A stretch of 64,000 bases of DNA, taken from the IMG/VR virus record IMGVR_UViG_3300002026_002465, positions 113,949 to 177,948 of that record; one strand, given 5' to 3'. The notes beneath the pieces were generated by a model, which was given only the letters and a program-made list of their open reading frames with translations, ran no database searches and had not been told where the DNA came from. This DNA is from a virus. Each line of letters opens with the position of its first letter. Positions within the stretch are counted from its first letter, which is position 1. The position numbers and the translations under genes were made by a program. Of this stretch, positions 50,083-59,663 are shown piece by piece.

Positions 50083-52155
50083 ATGAATGAATATTATCTT
50101 AAAAACAGTACAGGATCCGAAATAGATATTGATGATCTTGGTATTGTTATCTCAGATGGCCAAAGTATAACTATAGATATTAACGACATTGGTGGTTATT
50201 TATCAGCTGATATGATTGCAGCTTTAAATGATAATCCGGCTAATGGCCTAATCTTATCAACTACAGATGTTGGAGACACCTCTGGTGATTTTATAAAATC
50301 AATTGCAATAGAAAGATTAACTCTTAAAACAAGATGGAAACCAGGTGTAGCTACTTTTGCAGCTCTTCCTATAAATGGAAACGAAGATGGTGATTTAAGA
50401 TTAATAACAGGAACTGGTATAATTTATAGATGGTCATCATCTGGAGCTGAATGGATACAAACAACATCAACATTCTCTCTTACAGTTACTGAATATGATA
50501 ATGCTCCTCTTGGAGAGGATATTGAAAAGTTAGTTTTCGTCCAAGTAGAAGATAATGTTTATATTGATACAGAAGCTGGTAAAAATGTTGCCTATATTGG
50601 ACCACCAAATCCACCTCTTTCAATGTCAGGACAATCTTTACTTACAACTGGAACTTCATTTGTTACTGGTGGATTGTCAGATTTAAATATTAATTATAAG
50701 CCAAGTGATTTAGCAGGAAGTGTTGTAAATTATATTACAAAAGATTCAACACTTACTATTTCAACACCAACTGGAAACTATTCTAATTATGGAGATAGAG
50801 GTGTTGTAAAACTTTATGTTAATGGGGTTGTTATAGCTTCAATAGATCTTGGTGCTAACTTTAATATAGCTCTAAGAGATGGTTCACAAGTTATGAATAA
50901 TTATGATGTTCAAGGTGTTGGAAGCCCAATGTCAAATGGTATTGTATCATTTACAGGTGGAACATTCCAAGTAAATAATGTTCAAATATATGGTGGATTT
51001 AGATTTTATCAACGTTTTCAAGTAAGTGCTAATATAACAGATGCTGCTTTCTTTAGACAAGGTTATAATTCAATATATATTACACATGAAGGATTAAGTG
51101 CAGTTGAAGGTGGAACTCAAACATCAGAAACACTTAATCTTTTTTATGATATTGATACAGGATCAAATCCATCTGTATCAACTCCAATTATTACAGAATT
51201 AGTTCCTGTATTTAAATATCTCTCAGGTGTAAAATTTTATGATACAGCATCAACATGGGAGGTTGACACTACTGCTTCTAATTGTTTTAATAATGTTTAT
51301 CATTCAACAGGCTCTCCAGTAACTTATTCAGGATGGCCTGGGTTAGTTGCAACTGATATTAGATATGATAATCCAATGGTTGTTGGAGTTTCTAATCCAC
51401 CAAAAATTGGTGAGACAATGTCTATAACAAACTGGGTCCTTGGTCAAGTTGCAAATCAAATGGCAAGTAATGCAAGAATAACTGCAACACCTCGTGATCC
51501 TTATAGTTCATATACTGCAGTTCAATCTTCTACACAAAATATTCTTGTATGGTCATATCCACCTTCTTCAACAAATCTTATTGAACACTTTAGAGATGAA
51601 GACTATCGCCTTCCTATAGCGGAGTATAATACAATTCCTGCTACAATAACAGGACAATGGGATAGCACACAATCTCTTGATACTTATAATACAGGAAATG
51701 GATTGCAAGTTTATTTAGATGAGTTATACGCTCCAACATTAAATTTTTCAACTTATATGCCAAGTGGCAATCCAAACTATTCTTTAATTGCATCTGAAAG
51801 TGATAAAGTTTATATTCGTGCCTTTAAAGATACAACAGCGTCACATGCTTCAGGAACTTTAAGAATTACTGGATTGACAAAAACTCAACTTTATAATCGC
51901 AATGTTAAAATATGGATAAAGGCTCCAACACAAACTGGATGGCTTGATTTAACAAGAGATTATAACTTTTCAACATTCTCTGGTATAGATAATGATGGAT
52001 GTTGGGTTAATAGAGATGTACAATCAACAAGTGATTTTAAATTTACTCTTGGAACAAACTATACAGTTAATTCAGGTGGCATGATTATAGTTAAGGTTCA
52101 GTATCCAGATAATACTGCACCTCGCATAAGTTATATGAGTGTTGTGGACTGGTAA
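50083..52155 (+). CDS. Modular virion structural protein
   Basis: N-terminus shared with ORF 55503 (YLKNxxGS..DLGI); C-terminal domain shared with ORF 32894 (GYNSIYI, FRDExYRLP, TGWLxL). Confidence 0.7.
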   Translation: MNEYYLKNSTGSEIDIDDLGIVISDGQSITIDINDIGGYLSADMIAALNDNPANGLILSTTDVGDTSGDFIKSIAIERLTLKTRWKPGVATFAALPINGNEDGDLRLITGTGIIYRWSSSGAEWIQTTSTFSLTVTEYDNAPLGEDIEKLVFVQVEDNVYIDTEAGKNVAYIGPPNPPLSMSGQSLLTTGTSFVTGGLSDLNINYKPSDLAGSVVNYITKDSTLTISTPTGNYSNYGDRGVVKLYVNGVVIASIDLGANFNIALRDGSQVMNNYDVQGVGSPMSNGIVSFTGGTFQVNNVQIYGGFRFYQRFQVSANITDAAFFRQGYNSIYITHEGLSAVEGGTQTSETLNLFYDIDTGSNPSVSTPIITELVPVFKYLSGVKFYDTASTWEVDTTASNCFNNVYHSTGSPVTYSGWPGLVATDIRYDNPMVVGVSNPPKIGETMSITNWVLGQVANQMASNARITATPRDPYSSYTAVQSSTQNILVWSYPPSSTNLIEHFRDEDYRLPIAEYNTIPATITGQWDSTQSLDTYNTGNGLQVYLDELYAPTLNFSTYMPSGNPNYSLIASESDKVYIRAFKDTTASHASGTLRITGLTKTQLYNRNVKIWIKAPTQTGWLDLTRDYNFSTFSGIDNDGCWVNRDVQSTSDFKFTLGTNYTVNSGGMIIVKVQYPDNTAPRISYMSVVDW

Positions 52156-52173
52156 AATATGACATAAAGAGAT

Positions 52174-52488
52174 ATGAGAATAGTAATTAAATATATTTTT
52201 ATTGGAAAGGTTTTAGATTTTGATGATGAATATAAATCAATTCAAGATATTATTTCAGATTTAGATGAAAATATATTTGAAGGTCTTGGTATTGATGGAA
52301 TTGATGTTGCATTTCTTAAAGAAAAAGGATATGATAAATCAAGGAAGATTATAGAAAAATATTATTATAATATAATAAAGTTTATGTATGGTGATGAAGT
52401 TGAATTAAAACCAACGTATGAAATATTGAAATCTTATAAGGATTTAGCAATAGATTATTATTTAGATAAATTGGGGGTTACGGCATGA
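52174..52488 (+). CDS. Hypothetical protein
   Basis: 104-aa ORF. Confidence 0.5.
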   Translation: MRIVIKYIFIGKVLDFDDEYKSIQDIISDLDENIFEGLGIDGIDVAFLKEKGYDKSRKIIEKYYYNIIKFMYGDEVELKPTYEILKSYKDLAIDYYLDKLGVTA

Positions 52489-52805
52489 GTTTTTTAAGAA
52501 AATTAATTAATGAAGTATATGAAGCAGAATTAGAAGAACAAGAGGTTAGCAAAAATCTTGCAAAAGAAGATGCTCTTACTCTTATAGCAGAATTTGTTAA
52601 AGATGTTAAAAAAAGATTTACAAATTCAGCAGATAGAACAGAGATTCTTGATGCTGCATTAAAAACATTGGAATTTTTTATCAATGAAATAGATAAAGAA
52701 GAAGTTGATTCTATTCCAGATGATAGTTTCGGTATGACTATTGATGCTGAGGATGAATCAGGATTTAATGATGAAGAAGACGATGATCAATTAGAGGATT
52801 TTTAA
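52485..52805 (+). CDS. Acidic protein, candidate prohead core/internal protein
   Basis: MSFLRKLINE leader; very acidic C-terminus. Confidence 0.55.
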   Translation: MSFLRKLINEVYEAELEEQEVSKNLAKEDALTLIAEFVKDVKKRFTNSADRTEILDAALKTLEFFINEIDKEEVDSIPDDSFGMTIDAEDESGFNDEEDDDQLEDF

Positions 52806-52817
52806 GGAGGACTTATA

Positions 52818-53252
52818 ATGGCTTATTTTTTAGGGAATGTTGTTCCAGTTGCATATGCAAGATTAGTTAAATTTTTTAAAGCAAAACCAGAATATATGAA
52901 ATTCACAGCAACAGATCCAATTTATTCTGTATTAGAAAAATCTGCAGATCTTATGGATGATAAACTTGTAAATGCATCTAATTCTATTGTTCCACCAGTT
53001 AAAGTTACTGGTATTACAATTGACGATGCTGACGTTACAGTTTCTGTTGGATTTACTTTAACTCTTCCAGTTAGTATTGTTCCTACAAATGCTGCTAACA
53101 AGACTATTGTTTGGTCATCAGAAGATAAAGCAATTGCAACTGTCGTTGGTGGAGTTGTAACAGGAGTTGTTGAAGGTGTAGTTGATATTATAGCAACTGC
53201 TGCTGATGGAAGTGGAAAATCTGATTCTATTGTTATAACAGTTGAGGCATGA
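52818..53252 (+). CDS. Ig-like (Big_2) virion decoration protein
   Basis: VKVTGITI...V.P.NAANKTIVWSSEDKAIATV..GVVTGV.EG...I.AT..DGSG. Confidence 0.8.
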   Translation: MAYFLGNVVPVAYARLVKFFKAKPEYMKFTATDPIYSVLEKSADLMDDKLVNASNSIVPPVKVTGITIDDADVTVSVGFTLTLPVSIVPTNAANKTIVWSSEDKAIATVVGGVVTGVVEGVVDIIATAADGSGKSDSIVITVEA

Positions 53253-53253
53253 A

Positions 53254-53448
53254 ATGAAGTTTAATAAATTGACAAAAGAAATAAATGAGAATGATATTGT
53301 TGCTGCAGGAACAAAAAAAGCTGAAATAATTGCACAATTGCAAAATGCTAATCTTGATCCTGCAGTTAAGGTAAAGGTAAATGCAGCTATTAATGCTGAT
53401 AATTTAGAAAAAGCTTTAAAAATTGTTATTGCCTCTTTATCAAGGTAG
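53254..53448 (+). CDS. Small protein, candidate internal head protein
   Basis: MKFNKLTKEINE leader. Confidence 0.5.
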   Translation: MKFNKLTKEINENDIVAAGTKKAEIIAQLQNANLDPAVKVKVNAAINADNLEKALKIVIASLSR

Positions 53449-53457
53449 GAGTTTATT

Positions 53458-53625
53458 ATGAAAATTAAAATTGAAAAAAAGAATGATGAAAAATATCTTA
53501 TTCTCTTTTCAGATGATTCACAAGTACAAGGTGTTTATGTCACAAAATCTGAGCTCAAGAAACTCAAATCTGACATAAGCCAGATTATGGATTATGATGC
53601 ACAAGAGATAGGCGACCCACTATAA
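53458..53625 (+). CDS. Hypothetical 55-aa protein
   Basis: SD AGGAG; MKIKIEKKNDEKYLILF...IGDPL; below the track length cutoff. Confidence 0.5.
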   Translation: MKIKIEKKNDEKYLILFSDDSQVQGVYVTKSELKKLKSDISQIMDYDAQEIGDPL

Positions 53626-53641
53626 TTATTGGAGAACATAA

Positions 53642-54760
53642 ATGGCAGATTTATCACAAAATGAAAAAATAAACTTAGCCTTCAAAATGGTATTTGGAAT
53701 ACAAGGAACATCAAATACAGAAGACTCATCGGGTTTGGATTGGTTTGAGGAAAGACATGGGTTTAGACCATTTCTTTTAAATCAAGATCTATATGTAGAA
53801 ATAGTTCCAAAAGTATCTACATCTTCTGAAGCTGATTTAGCTGTCACTGCAAATCCAGCAATGATAGAAAAAGTAACTTTAAAACTCACCAAGGTTGTTG
53901 GAACAAATGACAGAGCTTGGGTTGCTTTTCAAACACCAGGAAATGATACATCACCAATTCTTGGAGAATGGCTTATTCCACAAATATTTGGAAAGGGTTA
54001 TGCAATGAAACTTTTCAAAGATAATGGATCAGGCGCTCCAGGTCAAGAAATAACAACAACAGAAGGAGCTTGGGTTCCTTCATATAAAATGGGATTTATT
54101 ATTTTAGGAGCTGGTTACACTGCTGCTAATTTAGGATGGACTGAACCTCTTTGGGTTACAGTTTATCGTTATATTGGAGCTGTTGGTCTATCAGGTGGAA
54201 CAATACCAGGATTAAGCATGGATTCTACCTATAATGGTGGTTCTACTATATCAGTTGATAATGGACCTGTTGTTTTAAATGCTTCTAATAATTATGCACC
54301 TCTTCAACTTACTCCAATTTCATATACTCCTACAACAAATGTAGCAGGTGGACAAATAGCAAATATAGATGGAATATTATATTCATATGATTCTACCAGA
54401 AATAAATGGTTAAGTGTTTATCAACCATCAATTTCTTTTCAAGCTAGAAAAGGTGATGCAAATTATCTTTCTACTGGTTTTCATAGTGATCTTAATTCAG
54501 GCTATGTTGCAATAAATGATGGAACAATTTTAGGTATAACAGCACAAGGTGGTTCTGGTAATCAAAGTAAAGGTTTTGCGATTCGTAAAAATGGAGTTAT
54601 GACTGATATAACAACTCTTTCACTTACTGCAGGAACATATAAAAATAACTCTTTAAATGTAGATTTTTCTTCTGGAGATATATTACAAGTTTATTGCACT
54701 GCTACTGGAGCTCCTATAAATGACCCTAGAGTTAATATAATTTTTTCTTGGAGAAAATAA
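53642..54760 (+). CDS. Virion structural protein, paralogue of ORF 39392
   Basis: SMDSTYNGG...PLQLTP...GILYSYDSTRNKW; terminal FSWRK. Confidence 0.65.
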   Translation: MADLSQNEKINLAFKMVFGIQGTSNTEDSSGLDWFEERHGFRPFLLNQDLYVEIVPKVSTSSEADLAVTANPAMIEKVTLKLTKVVGTNDRAWVAFQTPGNDTSPILGEWLIPQIFGKGYAMKLFKDNGSGAPGQEITTTEGAWVPSYKMGFIILGAGYTAANLGWTEPLWVTVYRYIGAVGLSGGTIPGLSMDSTYNGGSTISVDNGPVVLNASNNYAPLQLTPISYTPTTNVAGGQIANIDGILYSYDSTRNKWLSVYQPSISFQARKGDANYLSTGFHSDLNSGYVAINDGTILGITAQGGSGNQSKGFAIRKNGVMTDITTLSLTAGTYKNNSLNVDFSSGDILQVYCTATGAPINDPRVNIIFSWRK

Positions 54761-55492
54761 ATGAAATTTAAAAACTTTGTTAATGAATTGGATAAAACAA
54801 AAATCAATCTTCAAGATTGGGTTCAAGATTCAAAACAAAAAGATGTTTTCTATTTTTGGGAAAGTGATGAAAAAGGATATAAATATTATTCTAATAATAT
54901 AGAAAATATCTTTAATAAAAGTGATTATTCATTTTTACCTTTTGAAGATGATTTATTAAAAGAAGATTTAGATCATGCTTTATCTAAAAAATTAAATGAA
55001 GATAGTCTTATTGGTGATTATTCAAATCTATTTGGAAAATGGTTAATGGATGAAGAGGATAATTCAAAATATTATTATTGGAAAGGTGATAATAAAGGAT
55101 ATTTGGTTGAAATGCAATATGATGGTATTAGGCTTCCAAGAATAACTAATGTTGAATTGATTGATAATAATTATTTAAAACCACATTTGATGAAAGAGTT
55201 TAAAGACTATAAAATAAAAAGAGCTCTTAATCAAAAGATGCGAGAAATTAAAGATGAAAATCTTAAATCTATAAATGATATATTTGAACATTGGACACAA
55301 GATTCAATTAAAGATGATACTTATTATTATTGGAAAAATGAAAATGAGGGATATATTGCTCTTGTAGAAAATAATCCTCTTCCACAAATAGTAAAATTTG
55401 AAGCTGTTGATAATGAATATTTTGAACCTCGTTCTCTTGATCAAGTCAAGAATAACAAAGTTAAGAAAGTACTAGACAAAAAATTAAAATAG
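54761..55492 (+). CDS. Three-repeat protein with capsid-targeting-like leader
   Basis: MKFKNFVNE; three W..D.....(F/Y)(F/Y)W....KGY units. Confidence 0.6.
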   Translation: MKFKNFVNELDKTKINLQDWVQDSKQKDVFYFWESDEKGYKYYSNNIENIFNKSDYSFLPFEDDLLKEDLDHALSKKLNEDSLIGDYSNLFGKWLMDEEDNSKYYYWKGDNKGYLVEMQYDGIRLPRITNVELIDNNYLKPHLMKEFKDYKIKRALNQKMREIKDENLKSINDIFEHWTQDSIKDDTYYYWKNENEGYIALVENNPLPQIVKFEAVDNEYFEPRSLDQVKNNKVKKVLDKKLK

Positions 55493-55502
55493 GAGACAAG
55501 TA

Positions 55503-58500
55503 ATGGCAACCTTATATTTAAAAAATACCAGCGGATCACTAGTAAATGTTATAGACCTTGGTATTTCACTTCCAAATAGTCAATCTCTTGTAATTGACAG
55601 TAACAGCATCAATGCTTATTTAACTTCTGACTTACAAGCAGTTATTACTTCTGGTAGTTTAATATTATCATCAACTGATATTGGTGACAATGGTGGTGAT
55701 ATGAGTATTACTGATGCCATTGCCGCTCTTTCAATAACAACAAGATTTGATAGAGATAATCCTCACAATACTACAATAACTCAAGCCTTATCAGCTGATT
55801 CTACAACTACTGTAACAGTTGCACAATTAAATGATTTAACAGATGGAGGGGAAACAACCCTTCATATTCATGATGGAAGGTATTATACAGAAACAGAACT
55901 TTCAACATCAAATCCTGCAACTGTAAATGTTCATTGGGATAACATAATCAATGCTCCACAGTTTGGTTCTCTTGAATGGCAAAGACCTGCTCTTGGAAAT
56001 CTTGTTGGTATGGGAACAGCTGGATCAGAACCAACAAATCCAAAAACTGGAAGTTATTATCTTAATACTGGTGATGAACACCTTTATAAATATGGTGGCT
56101 CCTTATGGATAGATCAAGGCGCTCCTGCTTTAGAAGAAAGAGTTGTATTTAAAGATGGTGTTGGAAGCAATGATAGAATATATGAATGGAATGGAACTGA
56201 TTGGACAACTGATCCTGTTCCACAAGATAATTGGGCAATTATTGTATCTGATGATGGTGATGGTAAAGCAGCTCAATATGTATATGATACATCAGGTGCC
56301 CCTCCTGATTGGATTAAAATAGCTGACGTAGATTGGGGTAGTCATAATGCTCTTGCAAACAGAGATGATACTGGTTCTCACCCTGCATCTGCTATATCAT
56401 ATAATAATACAATCTCAGGATTGAGTGCAACAAATGTTCAAGACGCTTTAAATGAAATTGCAACAGAACAAGGTGTTGATTTAAACAATATAGTATTCGT
56501 TGCAAAAAATGGAGTTGATGTTAATGCAAATGTCACACTCGGAACAATTGCAAACCCATATTTAACAATAGGAGCTGCAATTACTTCAATTACAGGAGCA
56601 TCTTCAACTAATAGATATGTTGTTTATGTTATGCCTGGTGATTATAATGAAAATGTAGTTTTAAATAAATCTTTTGTATATATAGCATCTCCAAATAAAG
56701 AAGCAACAAGAATAACTTCTTTAACAGGTAATACTTTAACACTCTCATCAACTTCTGAAAAATCTACTGGAGTATATAATATATCTGTAGTATCTAATTC
56801 AAGTTTAACTACTGACAATGCAATTTATATTTCAGGAAACAATCCTTCATTATTTAATATTGATGTTTATTCACCATCTGGAGCGAGGACACTCCTTGTT
56901 AATGGAGCTTATTCACAAACACTTAGACATATAAACCTTAAAGGTGGAGAATTTAGAGTTGATTCAGGTGTTGTAGAGTTTTATGATTCAAAAGTTATTG
57001 AAGCTTTAACAAATGTAACTGGTGGAACATTACGTGTTCATAATGGTGATTTCTCTCATAATGGAGGGGATGCAATATCTCAAACAGGTGGAACTGTTTA
57101 TCTTGTATCAGCAAAACTTATATCAGGAGCTTCTGCAAAAGATTTTAACCAATCTGGCGGAACAGTTTATTGGGGTTGGGTTGAATATGACGATACCAAG
57201 ATAACAATTGGCGGAACAAAATATCTATTATTTGAATCAAATGATTTATACTATAATTCAACAGGCAATACTGTAATATTAGGAAATGATATTGATACTG
57301 TTATTAGTAATATTGATATTGCTATCCAAAATATTTTAACAGCTAATTCAACTCATGCAGGTAGAGTAGACAACCCTCATGTTGTTACATTTACTCAAGC
57401 TGTTACAGCTGATCCTGGAACTGATATAACTGTAGCTGAAGCAGAAACATTGACAAACGGGTCAAATGCAGATTTATTACATAAACATGATGCAACAAAT
57501 ATAACATATACAAATTATGGAAAAGTTAATGTTGCTGGGGCTCTTGATGAAACTGAAAAAGCAATTCGCCAAAGATTCTCTGGTCATATTTATGTTGATC
57601 AAAATAGAACAGATACTTATACAGCAGATGGTTCAATTGCCTTCCCTTATAAAAATATTGGAATGGCAACAGCAGATGTTGGTGCTGTAAATGGAACTGT
57701 AATAATAGTAAGTGAAGGTAATTTCGTTGAAGATATTACTCTCCCTATTGGTGTTTCTCTCCAAGGGGCAGGAACTTCTAAAACATATATTGAAGGAACA
57801 ATTACAACAACAGGTTCTGCTTTTGTAAATATCAGTAATATGTCAGTATATGACAATATTCTTCTTACAAGCAAAGCCTTACTTGAAGATATGTTTATTA
57901 GAGGTCAATTAAATATTGCAGCAGTAACCGCCGCAACTGGAATTGAAGGAAGAAATATAACAGTTAGCCCAACTACAGGTTCAGCTCTTATAATTGGAAA
58001 TAATGTTGAGTTATTAAGATTTATAGGTGGAGCAATTTATTCAAATGATGGAAGCACCGCTTTATCAGCATCAAGTGGAGTTACTATGTTTGATGATTAT
58101 ATCATTGCAATAAGAAACACTCCATCTTCAAACCCAACAATTTCTCTTACAGGAACCTGTAATATACATCTCAATCAATCAGTTGTTCAATCAACTGGTG
58201 GAAATACTTTAATATCAAATGCAACAAATACTTATCATAATATGATATCAGATGTTCAATATGCAGGTGGAGTAATGAATTTTAATAACTCTCCTACAAT
58301 TATTGAAGGTGTTCATGATGTTATGAATGGAGTTAAAATACCTACAGGTAATGCAATCATTAAAAGACCTGGTGAACAAATTGCTTATAATGATAGTGCA
58401 ACATCTCTTGGGGCTACAAATGTTCAAGGTGCAATTGAGGTGTTAAGTTCACTAATAACATCTTTTGAAATGCCTGCAGGAACTACATTCCCAACTGTTC

Positions 58501-58931
58501 CAGCTCCAACTGCTGGTGATATTTTCTATAGAACAGATTTGAATATGACATATCAATATGATTCATCAAGAGGAAAATGGCTTAGTATGTCTCAAATGTT
58601 CTTAGATTGGGGTAGTAATATTGCTGATGGTAAGTATCTAAATATCCATGGAGCTACAGCAACACAGACTGGTTATCTCATGCCATATAGTGGAACAATA
58701 GTTTCTATCACCGCCAAGATTGCTTCTGGTAATCAATCAAAGGCATTAGAATTAAGAAGAAATAATGATAGAGTAACACCTCTTGAGAGTTTCTCATTAA
58801 CAAGTGGTTCATATTCTTCAACTGTTAAAAACATTGATTTTAATGCTGGAGACTATATACAGGCCTTTATTCCTTCATCAGGCGTTCCTGCCAAGGATAT
58901 TGTTGTTATGGCTGTAGTTTGTTGGCGCTGA
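55503..58931 (+). CDS. Virion fibre/adhesin with two beta-helix modules
   Basis: VFVAKNG...GTIANPYLTI..A and YVDQN...DGSIAFPYKNI..A beta-helix openers; C-terminal YDSSRGKWLS module shared with ORFs 39392 and 53642. Confidence 0.7.
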   Translation: MATLYLKNTSGSLVNVIDLGISLPNSQSLVIDSNSINAYLTSDLQAVITSGSLILSSTDIGDNGGDMSITDAIAALSITTRFDRDNPHNTTITQALSADSTTTVTVAQLNDLTDGGETTLHIHDGRYYTETELSTSNPATVNVHWDNIINAPQFGSLEWQRPALGNLVGMGTAGSEPTNPKTGSYYLNTGDEHLYKYGGSLWIDQGAPALEERVVFKDGVGSNDRIYEWNGTDWTTDPVPQDNWAIIVSDDGDGKAAQYVYDTSGAPPDWIKIADVDWGSHNALANRDDTGSHPASAISYNNTISGLSATNVQDALNEIATEQGVDLNNIVFVAKNGVDVNANVTLGTIANPYLTIGAAITSITGASSTNRYVVYVMPGDYNENVVLNKSFVYIASPNKEATRITSLTGNTLTLSSTSEKSTGVYNISVVSNSSLTTDNAIYISGNNPSLFNIDVYSPSGARTLLVNGAYSQTLRHINLKGGEFRVDSGVVEFYDSKVIEALTNVTGGTLRVHNGDFSHNGGDAISQTGGTVYLVSAKLISGASAKDFNQSGGTVYWGWVEYDDTKITIGGTKYLLFESNDLYYNSTGNTVILGNDIDTVISNIDIAIQNILTANSTHAGRVDNPHVVTFTQAVTADPGTDITVAEAETLTNGSNADLLHKHDATNITYTNYGKVNVAGALDETEKAIRQRFSGHIYVDQNRTDTYTADGSIAFPYKNIGMATADVGAVNGTVIIVSEGNFVEDITLPIGVSLQGAGTSKTYIEGTITTTGSAFVNISNMSVYDNILLTSKALLEDMFIRGQLNIAAVTAATGIEGRNITVSPTTGSALIIGNNVELLRFIGGAIYSNDGSTALSASSGVTMFDDYIIAIRNTPSSNPTISLTGTCNIHLNQSVVQSTGGNTLISNATNTYHNMISDVQYAGGVMNFNNSPTIIEGVHDVMNGVKIPTGNAIIKRPGEQIAYNDSATSLGATNVQGAIEVLSSLITSFEMPAGTTFPTVPAPTAGDIFYRTDLNMTYQYDSSRGKWLSMSQMFLDWGSNIADGKYLNIHGATATQTGYLMPYSGTIVSITAKIASGNQSKALELRRNNDRVTPLESFSLTSGSYSSTVKNIDFNAGDYIQAFIPSSGVPAKDIVVMAVVCWR

Positions 58932-58950
58932 TTTTACTGCAAATTTTATG

Positions 58951-58975
58951 ACCTCCCCGAAAGGGGAGGTTTTTT
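58951..58975 (+). terminator. Rho-independent terminator with GAAA tetraloop
   Basis: ACCTCCCC-GAAA-GGGGAGGT plus T run. Confidence 0.9.
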
Positions 58976-58977
58976 AG

Positions 58978-59005
58978 TTTAGAGACAGTTTTTATATAGT
59001 ATAAT
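58978..59005 (+). promoter_or_regulatory. sigma70-like promoter TTTAGA-N16-TATAAT
   Basis: Directly after the terminator; same motif as at 41745. Confidence 0.65.
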
Positions 59006-59041
59006 TGTAATAAGCATATTTATGTTAAAAGGGGCAGTCAA

Positions 59042-59284
59042 ATTCTAAAATTAGAAGTTTGGGATGAAGCAAAGCTAAAACTCCAATATAATGGCACCGT
59101 CCTGGTAAATACCAATGATGAACACTACAAGTTTTGGGTTGTTGAACAACTTACCGAAGACACATATAGAACAATATGGGGGAGAATAGGCAACACCCCT
59201 CAGTCTAAAACATTTATTGGTGGTAACTATGATATACGCACAAAAATAAGAACCAAACTTTCAGATGGGTATAGAGAACTATAA
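59042..59284 (+). CDS. WGR-domain protein (ATT start, or ATG 59022 with frameshift)
   Basis: HYKFWVV...TIWGRIG...SKTF...KLSDGYREL; missing from the ORF track. Confidence 0.65.
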   Translation: MLKLEVWDEAKLKLQYNGTVLVNTNDEHYKFWVVEQLTEDTYRTIWGRIGNTPQSKTFIGGNYDIRTKIRTKLSDGYREL

Positions 59285-59296
59285 AGGGGTGAAGAG

Positions 59297-59620
59297 GTGA
59301 AAAAGCTTTTAGTTATTGTTATGCTCTGTATGTCAGTGTTTGTGTCTGCTCAAAGTATTGTTGGTGTTTGGAATATGTCAATTTGTGATTGGAAAAATAA
59401 GGTTACAAGTTTTGCAAAAGTAGAATTTGTTACAAATAACACTTATTTTATTAATCAACCTGGTGAAAATCAGCGTATTGGAAGGTGGAAACTCGTTGAT
59501 GATTATTATTATTTAGGTGAATTTGGCTTTATTTTGAAATGGGTCAATGATGACAAATTTTATTTAATCCCGGCATTTGGTGATACAGATGCTAAATACT
59601 ATATTTTTCAAAAGAAATAA
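59297..59620 (+). CDS. Secreted protein (signal peptide)
   Basis: GTG start; MKKLLVIVMLCMSVFVSA followed by IVGVW (lipocalin-like start). Confidence 0.55.
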   Translation: MKKLLVIVMLCMSVFVSAQSIVGVWNMSICDWKNKVTSFAKVEFVTNNTYFINQPGENQRIGRWKLVDDYYYLGEFGFILKWVNDDKFYLIPAFGDTDAKYYIFQKK

Positions 59621-59626
59621 TACCAA

Positions 59627-59659
59627 TTCTCCTCTTGAGGAAAGATAACAAGAGGAGAA
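59627..59659 (+). promoter_or_regulatory. Hairpin sequestering the Shine-Dalgarno sequence of ORF 59664
   Basis: TTCTCCTCTTG (59627-59637) pairs with CAAGAGGAGAA (59649-59659), which contains the SD. Confidence 0.75.
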
Positions 59660-59663
59660 ATAT

